Assembly (NCBI GenBank): GCA_964434345.1 | Contig: CAYSUY010000004.1 | Span: forward strand, 1-59,217 | From: an uncultured Acetobacteraceae bacterium | GTDB lineage: Bacteria > Pseudomonadota > Alphaproteobacteria > CACIAM-22H2 | Reading direction: 5' to 3' | Length of the DNA stretch: 59,217 nt | Shown: piece after piece, positions 1 to 9,309 of the stretch | Layout of the letters: each line of letters begins with the position of its first letter | Position numbering within the stretch: the stretch's first letter is position 1 | The notes under the pieces: model-generated | What the model was told of the DNA's origin: nothing | The model's input: only the letters and a program-made list of their open reading frames with translations | The model's database searches: none | Position numbers and translations under genes: made by a program

Positions 1-322
1 TGAACTGCTCCTCGACGAAATCCATCTCCGTTCCGAACAGGAACATCGCCGCCTTGGGCGCGATCAGGATCGTGATGTCCTCGGCCGGTCGCAGCACCTC
101 GTCGCCCGGCTCCGCGGCATCGGCGTATTCGAGCGTGTAGCTCAGGCCCGAGCAGCCGCGCGTGCGGACGCCGACCCGTACCCCGTAGGACGGCTTGCCG
201 CGCTTGGCGAGCAGCGCGCGTACGCGCTCCATCGCCGCGGTCGTGACCGATACCGGCGGCGGGCGCGGCGCGCGCGGTCGGCTCGCCGGGGCTGGAGCGG
301 TCGTCTCGAGCGTCTCGGACAT
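1..322 (-). CDS. iscA: Iron-sulfur cluster assembly accessory protein IscA/HesB (3' end outside window)
   Basis: Manual translation from ATG at 322: MSETLETTAP...VRVGVRTRGCSGLSYTLEY...AAMFLFGTEMDFVEEQF. Has the GCSGLSY and GTEMDF A-type carrier motifs; lies downstream of iscU. Missing from the ORF track because it is truncated by the window edge. Confidence 0.93.
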   Translation of the reverse strand, partial: MSETLETTAPAPASRPRAPRPPPVSVTTAAMERVRALLAKRGKPSYGVRVGVRTRGCSGLSYTLEYADAAEPGDEVLRPAEDITILIAPKAAMFLFGTEMDFVEEQF

Positions 323-338
323 CGTCGGGATCCCCGCG

Positions 339-746
339 TCAGCCGTTCGCGGCCTTGGGATCCGCTGCGCCGTGCTTGCTGCGGTAATCCTCGATCGCGG
401 CCTTGATCGCGTCCTCCGCGAGGACCGAGCAATGGATCTTGACCGGCGGCAGGGCCAGATGCTGGGCGATCTGGGTATTGCGGATCGCGGCAGCCTCGTC
501 GAGCGTCTTGCCCTTGACCCATTCGGTGACCAGCGAACTCGACGCGATCGCCGAACCGCAGCCGAAGGTCTTGAACTTCGCGTCCTCGATGATGCCGTCG
601 GCGCCGACCTTGATCTGCAGCTTCATCACGTCGCCGCAGGCCGGGGCGCCGACCAGGCCCGTGCCGACCGCGCTGTCGTCCTTGTCGAACGCGCCGACGT
701 TGCGCGGGTTCTCGTAGTGGTCGACCACCTTGTCGCTGTAGGCCAT
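339..746 (-). CDS. iscU: Fe-S cluster scaffold protein IscU
   Basis: MAYSDKVVDHYENPRNVG, PACGDVM, FGCGSAIAS, LPPVKIHC (three Cys plus the HscA-binding LPPVK); AGGAG SD upstream. Confidence 0.98.
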   Translation of the reverse strand: MAYSDKVVDHYENPRNVGAFDKDDSAVGTGLVGAPACGDVMKLQIKVGADGIIEDAKFKTFGCGSAIASSSLVTEWVKGKTLDEAAAIRNTQIAQHLALPPVKIHCSVLAEDAIKAAIEDYRSKHGAADPKAANG

Positions 747-810
747 GTGCGAGTCTCCTGTGTGGGGAGGGTATAAAGCGTCGTCCGGCGGCTTTGAAGG
801 GGCTGCGCCG

Positions 811-2067
811 TCAGTGCGCCGCCCACTGGATGGACTTCAGGTCGATCCCGGCCTGCGCCATCTCCCAGAGGGGGCTCATCTCGCGCAGCTTCTGGACCGC
901 GGCGATGATGCGGTCGGCCGAGTAGTCGACCTCCGCCTCGGTGGTGAAGCGGCCGAAGCCGATGCGCAGGCTGGTATGCGCGAGCTCCTCCTCCACGCCC
1001 AGCGCGCGCAGCACGTAGCTGGGTTCGAGCGAGGCCGAGGTGCAGGCCGAGCCCGAGGAGACAGAGAGGTCCTTGATCCCCATCATGAGCCCCTCGCCCT
1101 CGACATAGGCGAAGGAGAGGTTGAGGTTGCCCGGGATGCGGTTCGTCGCGTCGCCGTTCATGAACACCTCGGGCAGGCGCGCATTGATGCGGGACAGGAA
1201 GCGGTCGCGCAGCGCCTCGAGGCGCGCGGTCTCCTGCGCCATCTCGCGCTGGCAGATCGCGGCCGCCTCGCCCAGCCCGACGCAGAGCGGCGTCGGCAGG
1301 GTTCCCGAGCGCATGCCGCGCTCCTGGCCGCCACCGTGGATGAGCGCCTGCATGCGCACGCGCGGCTTGCGGCGGACGTAGAGCGCGCCGATGCCCTTCG
1401 GTCCGTAGATCTTGTGGCCGGAGATCGACATGAGGTCGATGTTCATCGCCTCGACGTCGAGCGGGATCTTGCCATAGGCCTGCGCGCAGTCGGTGTGGAA
1501 GAAGGCGCCCTTCGCGCGGCAGAGCCGGCCGATCTCCGCGAGTGGCTGGATCACGCCGATCTCGTTGTTCACGCCCATGATCGAGACGATCACCGTGCGG
1601 TCTGTGATCGCGGCCTCGAGCGCGGCGAGGTCGACGAGTCCGTCCTTGCCGACCGGCAGGTACGTCACCTCGAAGCCCTCGCCCTCCAGGTGGCGGCAGG
1701 TATCGAGCACGCATTTGTGCTCGGTCACCAGGGTCACGATGTGGTTGCGCCGGTCCTTGTAGAAACGGGCGACGCCGGCGATGGCGAGGTTGTTCGACTC
1801 GGTCGCGCCGGAGGTGAAGACGATCTCGCGCGCGTCCGCGTTGATGAGGTCGGCGATCTGGGCGCGCGCCGTCTCGATGCCCTCCTCAGACTCCCAGCCA
1901 TGCAGATGGTTGCGGCTGTGGGGATTGCCGAATTTCTCGGTGAAATACGGCATCATCGCCTGCAGGACGCGGGGATCCATCGGCGTGGTCGCCTGGTAGT
2001 CGAGATAGATCGGGCGGGGCTCGTTGCTGCCCGTCCGCCGCTCGTCCTTGGTCGCCGTCGTCGTCAT
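811..2067 (-). CDS. iscS: Cysteine desulfurase IscS
   Basis: [22 protein letters not shown] (PLP Lys), SSGSACTS (catalytic Cys), C-terminal SPLWEM. Start 2067 chosen for SD spacing; 2076 is the alternative. Confidence 0.97.
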   Translation of the reverse strand: MTTTATKDERRTGSNEPRPIYLDYQATTPMDPRVLQAMMPYFTEKFGNPHSRNHLHGWESEEGIETARAQIADLINADAREIVFTSGATESNNLAIAGVARFYKDRRNHIVTLVTEHKCVLDTCRHLEGEGFEVTYLPVGKDGLVDLAALEAAITDRTVIVSIMGVNNEIGVIQPLAEIGRLCRAKGAFFHTDCAQAYGKIPLDVEAMNIDLMSISGHKIYGPKGIGALYVRRKPRVRMQALIHGGGQERGMRSGTLPTPLCVGLGEAAAICQREMAQETARLEALRDRFLSRINARLPEVFMNGDATNRIPGNLNLSFAYVEGEGLMMGIKDLSVSSGSACTSASLEPSYVLRALGVEEELAHTSLRIGFGRFTTEAEVDYSADRIIAAVQKLREMSPLWEMAQAGIDLKSIQWAAH

Positions 2068-2109
2068 ACCGGACATCCTCGTACCTCGTGTTGAATGGTC
2101 ATGCTGTGA

Positions 2110-3222
2110 TCAGGCGGCCGCGCGGCGCGCTGCGACGCGCTCCGCGAGAACCGCCCAGTGCCGGACGAAGCCATCGATCTCGGCCGTCGTCGTCGACGGG
2201 CCAAGGCTGACACGCACGGCCCCGCCGGCGATCTCCGCGGGAACGCCCATCGCCGCCAGGACATGCGAGGCGCGCACCTTGCCCGACGAGCAGGCCGCGC
2301 CGGCGCTGATCGCGATGCCCGCGAGATCCATCGCCATGACCAGGGTCGCGGCTTCGGCGCCGGGCAGCGCAAGGCAGGAGGTGTTGCAGAGGCGCGGCGC
2401 GCCGGCACCGAGGATGCGCGTCACGGGCGCCGCCCGGCACGCGGCCTCTTCCAGACGATCGCGCATCCGCGCGACTTCCCGTGCCGCGGAGAGGCCGGTC
2501 CGCGCGGCGCGCGCGGCGGCGCCGAAGGCGGCGATGGCGGCGACGTTCTCCGTGCCCGCACGACTGCCCTGCTCCTGCCCGCCGCCGCGCAGCTGCGCGG
2601 CGGGGCGCGGCCCTGCATGCACCACAAGCGCGCCGGCGCCCTGGGCGCCGCCGAGCTTGTGCGCCGAAATGGTCAGCAGATCGATCCCCTGCGCCGCCAT
2701 GTCGAGGCCGATACGACCTGCCGCCTGCACCGCATCGCAATGGAGCAAGCCACCGCGGGCATGGACAAGCTCGGCGATGGCCGCGACCGGCTGGATGACG
2801 CCGGTCTCGTTGTTGGCGATCATCACGGACACCAGCATGGGACCACGCGCCGCGAGCATCGCGTCGAGCGCGTCGAGATCGACCACGCCGTCGTCGCCGA
2901 CCGGGATCCGTGCCGCGTCGTCGCGCGCCGCGAGGACCGAGGCATGCTCGACGGCGGAAACGGCAACCGGCAATGCGCTGCCGCACAGCGCCAGCGCATT
3001 GGCCTCGGTGCCGCCGCTGGTGAAGACGACGCCATCTGAAGGCGCGCCGGCCAGCGCGGCGAGCTCGGCGCGCGCCTCCTCAACCAGCCGCCGGGCCGCC
3101 CGGCCGGCCGCGTGGACCGAAGACGGGTTGCCGATCACCGCAAGCGCGCCGAGCAGCGCGGCATGCGCCTGCGGGCGCAGCGGCGCCGTCGCGTTCCAGT
3201 CGAGATAGGCGACGGTCGTCAT
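2110..3222 (-). CDS. Second cysteine desulfurase (NifS/IscS-like, class V aminotransferase)
   Basis: AYLDWNATAP, FTSGGTEAN, SAHKLGG, SAGAACSSG; lacks the IscS C-terminal IscU-binding tail. Start at MTTVAY. Confidence 0.93.
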   Translation of the reverse strand: MTTVAYLDWNATAPLRPQAHAALLGALAVIGNPSSVHAAGRAARRLVEEARAELAALAGAPSDGVVFTSGGTEANALALCGSALPVAVSAVEHASVLAARDDAARIPVGDDGVVDLDALDAMLAARGPMLVSVMIANNETGVIQPVAAIAELVHARGGLLHCDAVQAAGRIGLDMAAQGIDLLTISAHKLGGAQGAGALVVHAGPRPAAQLRGGGQEQGSRAGTENVAAIAAFGAAARAARTGLSAAREVARMRDRLEEAACRAAPVTRILGAGAPRLCNTSCLALPGAEAATLVMAMDLAGIAISAGAACSSGKVRASHVLAAMGVPAEIAGGAVRVSLGPSTTTAEIDGFVRHWAVLAERVAARRAAA

Positions 3223-3244
3223 GGCGCGGTCGTGACCGGCCGCG

Positions 3245-3733
3245 TCAGGACGCGGCCGACGCGACGGGAGCGGGCGCGTGGGGTTCCGCCGGCGCATGTG
3301 CGATCAGCTGACTGGTGCCGAGGATGCGGCGGTCGATGACATCGGAGATCGTCACCGAGCTCAGATACAGGTGGATCTGGTTGCCCAGCTCCTCCCACAG
3401 ATCATGGGTGAGACAACGGCTCTTGTTCTGGCGGCAGCCGGACGGGGATCCCGGCGCGCAGCGCGTCGCGCGGATCGGCTCGTCAACGGCCAGGATGATG
3501 TCCGAGACGCGCATTTCAGTCACGGGATGGGCCGGCAGATAACCGCCGCCCGGACCACGCACCGAGCGCACGAGCCCGCCGCGGCGCAGCTTCGCGAAGA
3601 GTTGCTCGAGATAGGACAGCGAGATCTCCTGCCGCTCGGCGATATCGGCGAGCGCCACGGGGTGGCCGTGGCTGTTCGTGGCGAGGTCGACCATCGCCAT
3701 CACGGCGTATCGGCCCTTGGTGCTGAGTTTCAC
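3245..3733 (-). CDS. iscR: Rrf2-family regulator IscR
   Basis: GTG start; (M)KLSTKGRYAVMAMVDL, SYLEQLF, SVRGPGGGY, three Cys (RCAPGSPSGCRQNKSRC) and LTHDLW; first gene of the isc operon. Confidence 0.92.
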   Translation of the reverse strand: MKLSTKGRYAVMAMVDLATNSHGHPVALADIAERQEISLSYLEQLFAKLRRGGLVRSVRGPGGGYLPAHPVTEMRVSDIILAVDEPIRATRCAPGSPSGCRQNKSRCLTHDLWEELGNQIHLYLSSVTISDVIDRRILGTSQLIAHAPAEPHAPAPVASAAS

Positions 3734-3965
3734 GGTCAATCTCCCTGCACTGTGCTCGGTCAAGGCGACCAGCCAGACCGGAGCGCGCACCAGTTCCGGC
3801 CGGCACCGCGCCGCCATCCCTCCGCGCTCGCCTCCCGAACCGTGCTGGGCGAAAAAGAAAACCCTTGCACGACAGGCACTTGCGAGAGCATATCGAACAT
3901 CGCGACGCGACGTCCGGGTCGGCGTGGGAACCATGGCTGGAACGCAGCGGCCACGATCGTGACGA

Positions 3966-3993
3966 GATATAGTTCTCCTACAAACCCAGTCAA
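3966..3993 (-). promoter_or_regulatory. Candidate sigma70 promoter of the isc operon, overlapping a possible IscR site
   Basis: Minus strand TTGACT-N16-TATATC (-35 at 3993-3988, -10 at 3971-3966) in an AT-richer divergent intergenic region. Confidence 0.5.
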
Positions 3994-4090
3994 GAATGCA
4001 CCCCTAGACCTGCATGAAATTTGGGGGCTTTGACTGATCGCCATTCTCGGGTATTGATGCGCGCTTTCCCTTTTGCCGGTTTCGCAAGAC

Positions 4091-4771
4091 ATGCCTGATG
4101 TGATCATCAACGGCGCCGAAGGCCGGCTCGAGGGCCGCTACACGCCAGCCAAGAGCGAACGCGCGCCCGTCGCGGTGCTCCTGCACCCGCACCCGCAATA
4201 TGGCGGGACGATGCACAACAAGGTCGTCTTCACCCTCAACCAGTGCTTCCTGCAGGCTGGCTACGCGACGTTGCGTTTCAATTTCCGTGGCGTCGGACGC
4301 AGCCAGGGGTCCTTCGCGCGCGGCGAAGGCGAGTTGACCGATGCGGCCTCCGCGCTCGACTGGATTCAGGCCTACAACCCCAACGCCTCGGCGTGCTGGA
4401 TCGCCGGGTTCTCCTTCGGCGCGTGGATCGGCATGCAGTTGCTGATGCGCCGTCCGGAGATCGACCGCTTCGTCGCGGTGGCGCCGCCGGCCAATGTCTA
4501 TGATTTCGGGTTCCTCGCGCCCTGCCCCTCCTCCGGGCTGATCCTGCAGGGCGACAAGGACGAGATCGTCACCGAGGAATCGGTGCGCAAGCTGACCGAG
4601 AAACTCGGTCGCCAGCGCGACATCGTGATCGATTACCGCGTCATCAAGGACGCGAACCACTTCTTCACCGACAAGCTCGACCTGCTCGCGGCCGCGACGT
4701 CGGGCTATCTCGCCGAGGCAGGCAAGCCGGGCGCCGTCGCCCGCGTCACGGGCGCCAGGCCGAAGCGCTGA
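4091..4771 (+). CDS. Alpha/beta hydrolase (conserved next to the isc operon)
   Basis: [40 protein letters not shown] nucleophile elbow, ANHFF. Confidence 0.92.
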   Translation: MPDVIINGAEGRLEGRYTPAKSERAPVAVLLHPHPQYGGTMHNKVVFTLNQCFLQAGYATLRFNFRGVGRSQGSFARGEGELTDAASALDWIQAYNPNASACWIAGFSFGAWIGMQLLMRRPEIDRFVAVAPPANVYDFGFLAPCPSSGLILQGDKDEIVTEESVRKLTEKLGRQRDIVIDYRVIKDANHFFTDKLDLLAAATSGYLAEAGKPGAVARVTGARPKR

Positions 4772-4829
4772 CCGGCGCCTGCGCGCCGCCCCTGCCCCGT
4801 CCCCGCACCGCACTGTACCGGACCGGACC

Positions 4830-6083
4830 ATGACCACCTATCGCTCGGACCTCCTGCGCGTCTTCCAGGAGCGCGGCTTCATCCATCAGGTCACCGATCC
4901 CGAGGGGCTCGACGCCCTCGCCGCCGCACGCCGTATCGTCGGCTATATCGGCTTCGACTGCACCGCGGATTCCCTCCATATCGGCAGCCTGGTGCAGATC
5001 ATGATGCTGCGCTGGCTGCAGCGCACGGGGCAGCAGGTGATCGCGCTGATGGGCGGCGGTACGACCCGGGTCGGCGATCCGTCGGGCCGCGACGAATCGC
5101 GCAAGCTGCTCACCGACGCGACCATCGCCGAGAACCTCGCCGGGATCCGCGCCAATTTCGCGCCCTTCCTGGATTTCGCGGGCGGCGAGAAGCCGGCGCT
5201 GATGATCAACAACGCCGACTGGCTGGACGAGTTGCGCTACATCCCGTTCCTGCGCGACATCGGTCGGCATTTCTCGGTCAACCGCATGCTGACGATGGAT
5301 TCGGTGCGCATGCGGCTGGATCGCGACCAGCCGCTCACCTTCCTCGAATTCAACTACATGCTCCTCCAGTCCTACGACTTCGTGGAACTGGCGAAGCGCC
5401 ATGGCTGCAACCTGCAGATGGGCGGGTCGGACCAGTGGGGCAACATCGTCATGGGCGTCGAACTCGGGCGGCGCGTCGCCGATCTCGCGCTGTTCGGCGC
5501 GACGACGCCCCTGATCACGACCGCCTCGGGCCAGAAGATGGGCAAGACCGCGGCCGGGGCGATCTGGCTCGCGCCGCACCGTCTCGCGCCTTACGACTAC
5601 TTCCAGTTCTGGCGCAACACGGAGGATGCCGACGTCGCACGGTTCCTCAAGCTGTTCACCGATCTGCCGCTCGACGAGATCGCCCGGCTCGCCGCGCTGC
5701 AGGGCGCGGAGATCAACGAGGCGAAGAAGGTCCTGGCTTTCGAGGCGACCCGGCTGCTGCATGGCGACGCCGCCGCGGCGAGCGCCGCCGACACCGCGCG
5801 GCGCGTCTTCGAACAGGGCACGGCCGGCGGCGACCTGCCCACGCTCGACAAGCCGCGCAGCGACCTCGCGGCGGGCCTGCCGCTGTTCAGGCTGGTCGTG
5901 GAGGCCGGGCTGGCGAAATCCAACGCGGAAGCCCGGCGCCTCATCGAGCAGGGCGGCATCCGCGTCAACGACCAGCCAGCCAGCGATCCCGGACGCGCGA
6001 TCGGCCTCGCCGATCTCGGCCCAGACGCGGCGATCAAGCTGACGGCCGGCCGCAAGCGCCACGCCCTCGTCCGGCCGGCGTGA
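4830..6083 (+). CDS. tyrS: Tyrosine--tRNA ligase
   Basis: [15 protein letters not shown] (HIGH-like), [16 protein letters not shown] (KMSKS-like), C-terminal S4 domain. Confidence 0.98.
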   Translation: MTTYRSDLLRVFQERGFIHQVTDPEGLDALAAARRIVGYIGFDCTADSLHIGSLVQIMMLRWLQRTGQQVIALMGGGTTRVGDPSGRDESRKLLTDATIAENLAGIRANFAPFLDFAGGEKPALMINNADWLDELRYIPFLRDIGRHFSVNRMLTMDSVRMRLDRDQPLTFLEFNYMLLQSYDFVELAKRHGCNLQMGGSDQWGNIVMGVELGRRVADLALFGATTPLITTASGQKMGKTAAGAIWLAPHRLAPYDYFQFWRNTEDADVARFLKLFTDLPLDEIARLAALQGAEINEAKKVLAFEATRLLHGDAAAASAADTARRVFEQGTAGGDLPTLDKPRSDLAAGLPLFRLVVEAGLAKSNAEARRLIEQGGIRVNDQPASDPGRAIGLADLGPDAAIKLTAGRKRHALVRPA

Positions 6084-6104
6084 CGCCGGCCAGCGGCGCC
6101 GCGC

Positions 6105-9100
6105 TCACCGCGCGGGCGGCGCGGCAGGCTCGGGGACGCCCCCGGGGACACCGCCCTCGAGGATGCCGAAGATGTTGCGCAGCACGCCGGGCGCCAGCGC
6201 CGAGAGCGGATTGATCGCCACGTCCGGCGCATCGCGCGGACCGCGGAGCGTGTAGCGGGCCGCGAAAAGCCCGGGACCGAACAGCACCTCGCCGATGATC
6301 GGGATCCGGCCGAACAGCGAGTTGAGCGCATTGGCGGGCACGATGGTGCCTTCGACGTCGATCCTGTCGCCGTCGAGATCCAGACGCCCGCGCGCCTGGA
6401 TGCCGAGCGCCGGCCCGCTGGCGCGCAGATCGCGGATCGTCACGTCGCCGTCACGCAGCAATCCGCGCGCCTCGAGCCGGTCGAAGCCGATGCCGTCACC
6501 ACGCAGCAGGTCGAGCAGGCCGGTGAGCAAGGCTGCCGAGAGGAAGCGCGCGACCGCAGGTTCATCCACCAGCCGGTAATCGAGGATCCGCGTCTCGACC
6601 GCGAGCGGCCGGTCCGGGAGGCCGACCTCGGTCGCGCCGCTGGCCTCCAGCGAGCCGCCGACGATCTTGTCCGTGATCCCGAGGCTGCGCAGCATCGCGC
6701 CGGCGTTGGCGCTGCGCGCCGTCAGACGCGCGAGGTCGCCGGTGCCGACGACATAGTCGATCTCGAACGGATCGCTGCGCCCGAACCGGTCCGCGCCCTT
6801 CGCGGCGAGCTGCGCGCGCTGCCAGCGCGCCGCGCGGGCACCGCGGAACACGACATCGGTCAGCGCCCTTTCGGGCGTGAGCCAGAGGGTAGCCAGCTCG
6901 GCGTCGATCTCCAGCCGCGGCCGGTCGGGCGCGGCGGTCTCGCCGGCGCCGGCGCCCGGCGCATCCTCCTCGAGCGCCGAGAGATCGGCAGACGCGCCAC
7001 GCAGGCGCAGCCGCCACCCGCCATCGCGCATGCGGCTCGCCGCGAGGCGCAGATCGGTCCGCGCGAACCGCAGCCGGTCCAGTTCGACCTCCTGCACGAT
7101 CCGACCATCGGGGCCGAACACGACGCGGCCCTCGGCATCGGCGTCGCCCGCGACGACGCGCAGCGCGCGGATGCGCTGGATGCGTCCGCGCTCGAGCAGG
7201 AAGTCGAGACGCGCGCTTCCGGGCACGCCGATGGCCTTGTCCCAGCCCAGCTCCGCGACCCGCAGATGCGCGGCATCGAGACCGGCCTCGAGACGCAGAT
7301 CGGACTGCCCGCCGCGGCGCGCCACGAAATCGAGCGTCAGCGGCAACCGGCCCTCGACATGGGGACGCAGATCGAAGCCGAACGCCGCAAGCTCCTCGGC
7401 GGACAGCGTGCCGCTCGCCCGGATGCGCTCGCGCACGGGATTGGTGGACTGGAACGCGAGCGCGTAGTCGACCTCCGCCGGCGTCCGCCCCAGCACCAGC
7501 CGCCCGGTCGCGGCGAAGCCCTTCTCGTCGAACCGGCCGGAGATCTCGCCATCGCGCGCGTCCTGTCCGAGCGCGGCGCGGCGAAGCGCGAAGCCCCGCG
7601 CCTCCACGCTGCCGGAGACCGCCACCTGATCGACGCGCAACGCGTTGACCAAGGGAAAGGCGAAGCGCGCGCGGGTCAGCGCCTCGCCGCCGAAATCGGC
7701 GGGGTTCATGGCGACCGCCTTCATGAAGCCGAGCGGCGGCTGGTCGAGCAGCGCGAGCTGGTCGCGCACCGGACCGCGCACGGCCACCTGGATGTCGGCG
7801 CGCTCTTCGCGGGTGTCGAGCGCGGACAGGACGGTCCGCGAAGACTCGACGCGCAGGCCTCCCACCGCGCCGGACACGGTGTTGACCACGACACGGTCGA
7901 GGGCGAGCGTCGCCGAGCCGTCGACACCCGTCGCGCTCGGCATCGGCGCGAGATAGGCGACGGTAACGCCGCGGAACTGGACCTGGGCGTTCAACGACGT
8001 CGCGCGCGGCGGCGCGCCGTTTGCGGCGGCCAGCGCGAATTCGAAGCGCGCCTCGGGGACGACCCCGGCCGAAAGATTGCGCGTTACCCAGCCGCGCGCG
8101 TTCGGCGCCAGGGACAGCGGCCAATAGACGGGCAGGGAGTCGACGGGAATGTCGGCCAGCCTCGCCTCGGCGGCGACGGCCATGCTCCCCACGGCATCGC
8201 GGGTGATACGCGCGGTCAATTCACCGGTTCCACCGCCCGCGAAGCCCAACGCAAAGCGCTCGAGATCGAGCCGACGCGCGTGCGCGTCGTAGCGCAGCGC
8301 CGTGCGCAGCGAGGCGAGACGGGCGACGCCCGGAAACAGCTCGGCATCGGCGACGGCGCCATCGGCGCCGGACAGCGAGAGGGCGATGTCGAGCAGCGCG
8401 CCATCCGCGCCGAACCGGGCAGCTATCCGCCCATCGAGCGGCATGGCGAGCGCCGTGAGACGGCGCGCTTCGGGCAGGAGGTCACCGATCATGTCGGCCA
8501 CCACGCCCGGCGCGACGCCCTCGACATCGACCGTCGCCGCGACGATGCCGGTCTCCGCTCCACGCACGAGACCGACCGCGAGCCGCACGGCATGGGGACC
8601 GCGCGTCACGGTCAGGGCAGCCTCGACACGCACGCCGTCGGCCCCGAAGCCCAGCCGCAGATCCGCATCCCGGGCCTCCCATTCGCTCCCGGAGGCGAGA
8701 TCCGCGACGCGCAGCGACGCACGCGAGACGACGATCTCGGCGAGGCGCTCGGCCGGATCGGGAAGCGGCCCCGCGCCCCCCGCCGCGTCGTCAGGCGGGA
8801 CGAGCGCCGCGAGCGGCAGCGCCTCGCCGCCGCCGAGCCCCACGACATGGATGGCGCCCGCGCGATCGCGCTCGATCCGCAGTTCTGGACCGTCCACCAT
8901 CAGCGCGGTCGGCGCGATTCGTCCGCGCAACAGGGCGGCGCGGGAGAGCCGCGTCGTCGCCTCCGCGAAGCGCGCGATCGGGGTGCCGTCCGGTCCATCG
9001 ATCCGCAGACCGGTCAGCTTCAGGTCGAGACCGCGCTGCCACCCGCGCCAGGCGAGCTCGGCGCCATCGACGCCGATGGCATAGCCGGGCAGCGCGCGCT

Positions 9101-9248
9101 CGACCGCCGGCGCGACATGAGGCAGCAGCGCGTCGAGCGCGACGGGCCCCTGGGCGAAGCGCCACGCCGCCAGCGCGACGCCCACGACCGACGCCATCGC
9201 AAGGACGACGAGGCCTTCCAGGACGACACGGGCGACGCGGTGAAACAT
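6105..9248 (-). CDS. AsmA-like/YhdP (DUF3971-type) large envelope protein
   Basis: N-terminal TM segment, W+RL..GPV.L start, long beta-rich body, C-terminal AsmA_2-like region (GI.FDRL...GTIVPANALNSLFGRIPIIG). The track's upstream extension overlaps glnE and was discarded. Confidence 0.8.
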   Translation of the reverse strand: MFHRVARVVLEGLVVLAMASVVGVALAAWRFAQGPVALDALLPHVAPAVERALPGYAIGVDGAELAWRGWQRGLDLKLTGLRIDGPDGTPIARFAEATTRLSRAALLRGRIAPTALMVDGPELRIERDRAGAIHVVGLGGGEALPLAALVPPDDAAGGAGPLPDPAERLAEIVVSRASLRVADLASGSEWEARDADLRLGFGADGVRVEAALTVTRGPHAVRLAVGLVRGAETGIVAATVDVEGVAPGVVADMIGDLLPEARRLTALAMPLDGRIAARFGADGALLDIALSLSGADGAVADAELFPGVARLASLRTALRYDAHARRLDLERFALGFAGGGTGELTARITRDAVGSMAVAAEARLADIPVDSLPVYWPLSLAPNARGWVTRNLSAGVVPEARFEFALAAANGAPPRATSLNAQVQFRGVTVAYLAPMPSATGVDGSATLALDRVVVNTVSGAVGGLRVESSRTVLSALDTREERADIQVAVRGPVRDQLALLDQPPLGFMKAVAMNPADFGGEALTRARFAFPLVNALRVDQVAVSGSVEARGFALRRAALGQDARDGEISGRFDEKGFAATGRLVLGRTPAEVDYALAFQSTNPVRERIRASGTLSAEELAAFGFDLRPHVEGRLPLTLDFVARRGGQSDLRLEAGLDAAHLRVAELGWDKAIGVPGSARLDFLLERGRIQRIRALRVVAGDADAEGRVVFGPDGRIVQEVELDRLRFARTDLRLAASRMRDGGWRLRLRGASADLSALEEDAPGAGAGETAAPDRPRLEIDAELATLWLTPERALTDVVFRGARAARWQRAQLAAKGADRFGRSDPFEIDYVVGTGDLARLTARSANAGAMLRSLGITDKIVGGSLEASGATEVGLPDRPLAVETRILDYRLVDEPAVARFLSAALLTGLLDLLRGDGIGFDRLEARGLLRDGDVTIRDLRASGPALGIQARGRLDLDGDRIDVEGTIVPANALNSLFGRIPIIGEVLFGPGLFAARYTLRGPRDAPDVAINPLSALAPGVLRNIFGILEGGVPGGVPEPAAPPAR

Positions 9249-9254
9249 GCCCCC

Positions 9255-9280
9255 AGTATACAACGGCCGGCCGCTTGACG
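9255..9280. promoter_or_regulatory. Overlapping divergent promoter elements: -10 TATACT (minus, AsmA-like gene) and -35 TTGACG (plus, glnE)
   Basis: TATACT at 9260-9255 lies 6 nt before the ATG at 9248; TTGACG at 9275-9280 precedes glnE. Confidence 0.45.
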
Positions 9281-9309
9281 GGCGCATGGACGTCGGCGCA
9301 TGTGACGCC

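Noticed and set aside
4002-4011. Decamer CCCTAGACCT shared with 54364-54373
   Set aside because: There are only two copies, at unrelated positions relative to their genes; a chance match is plausible.
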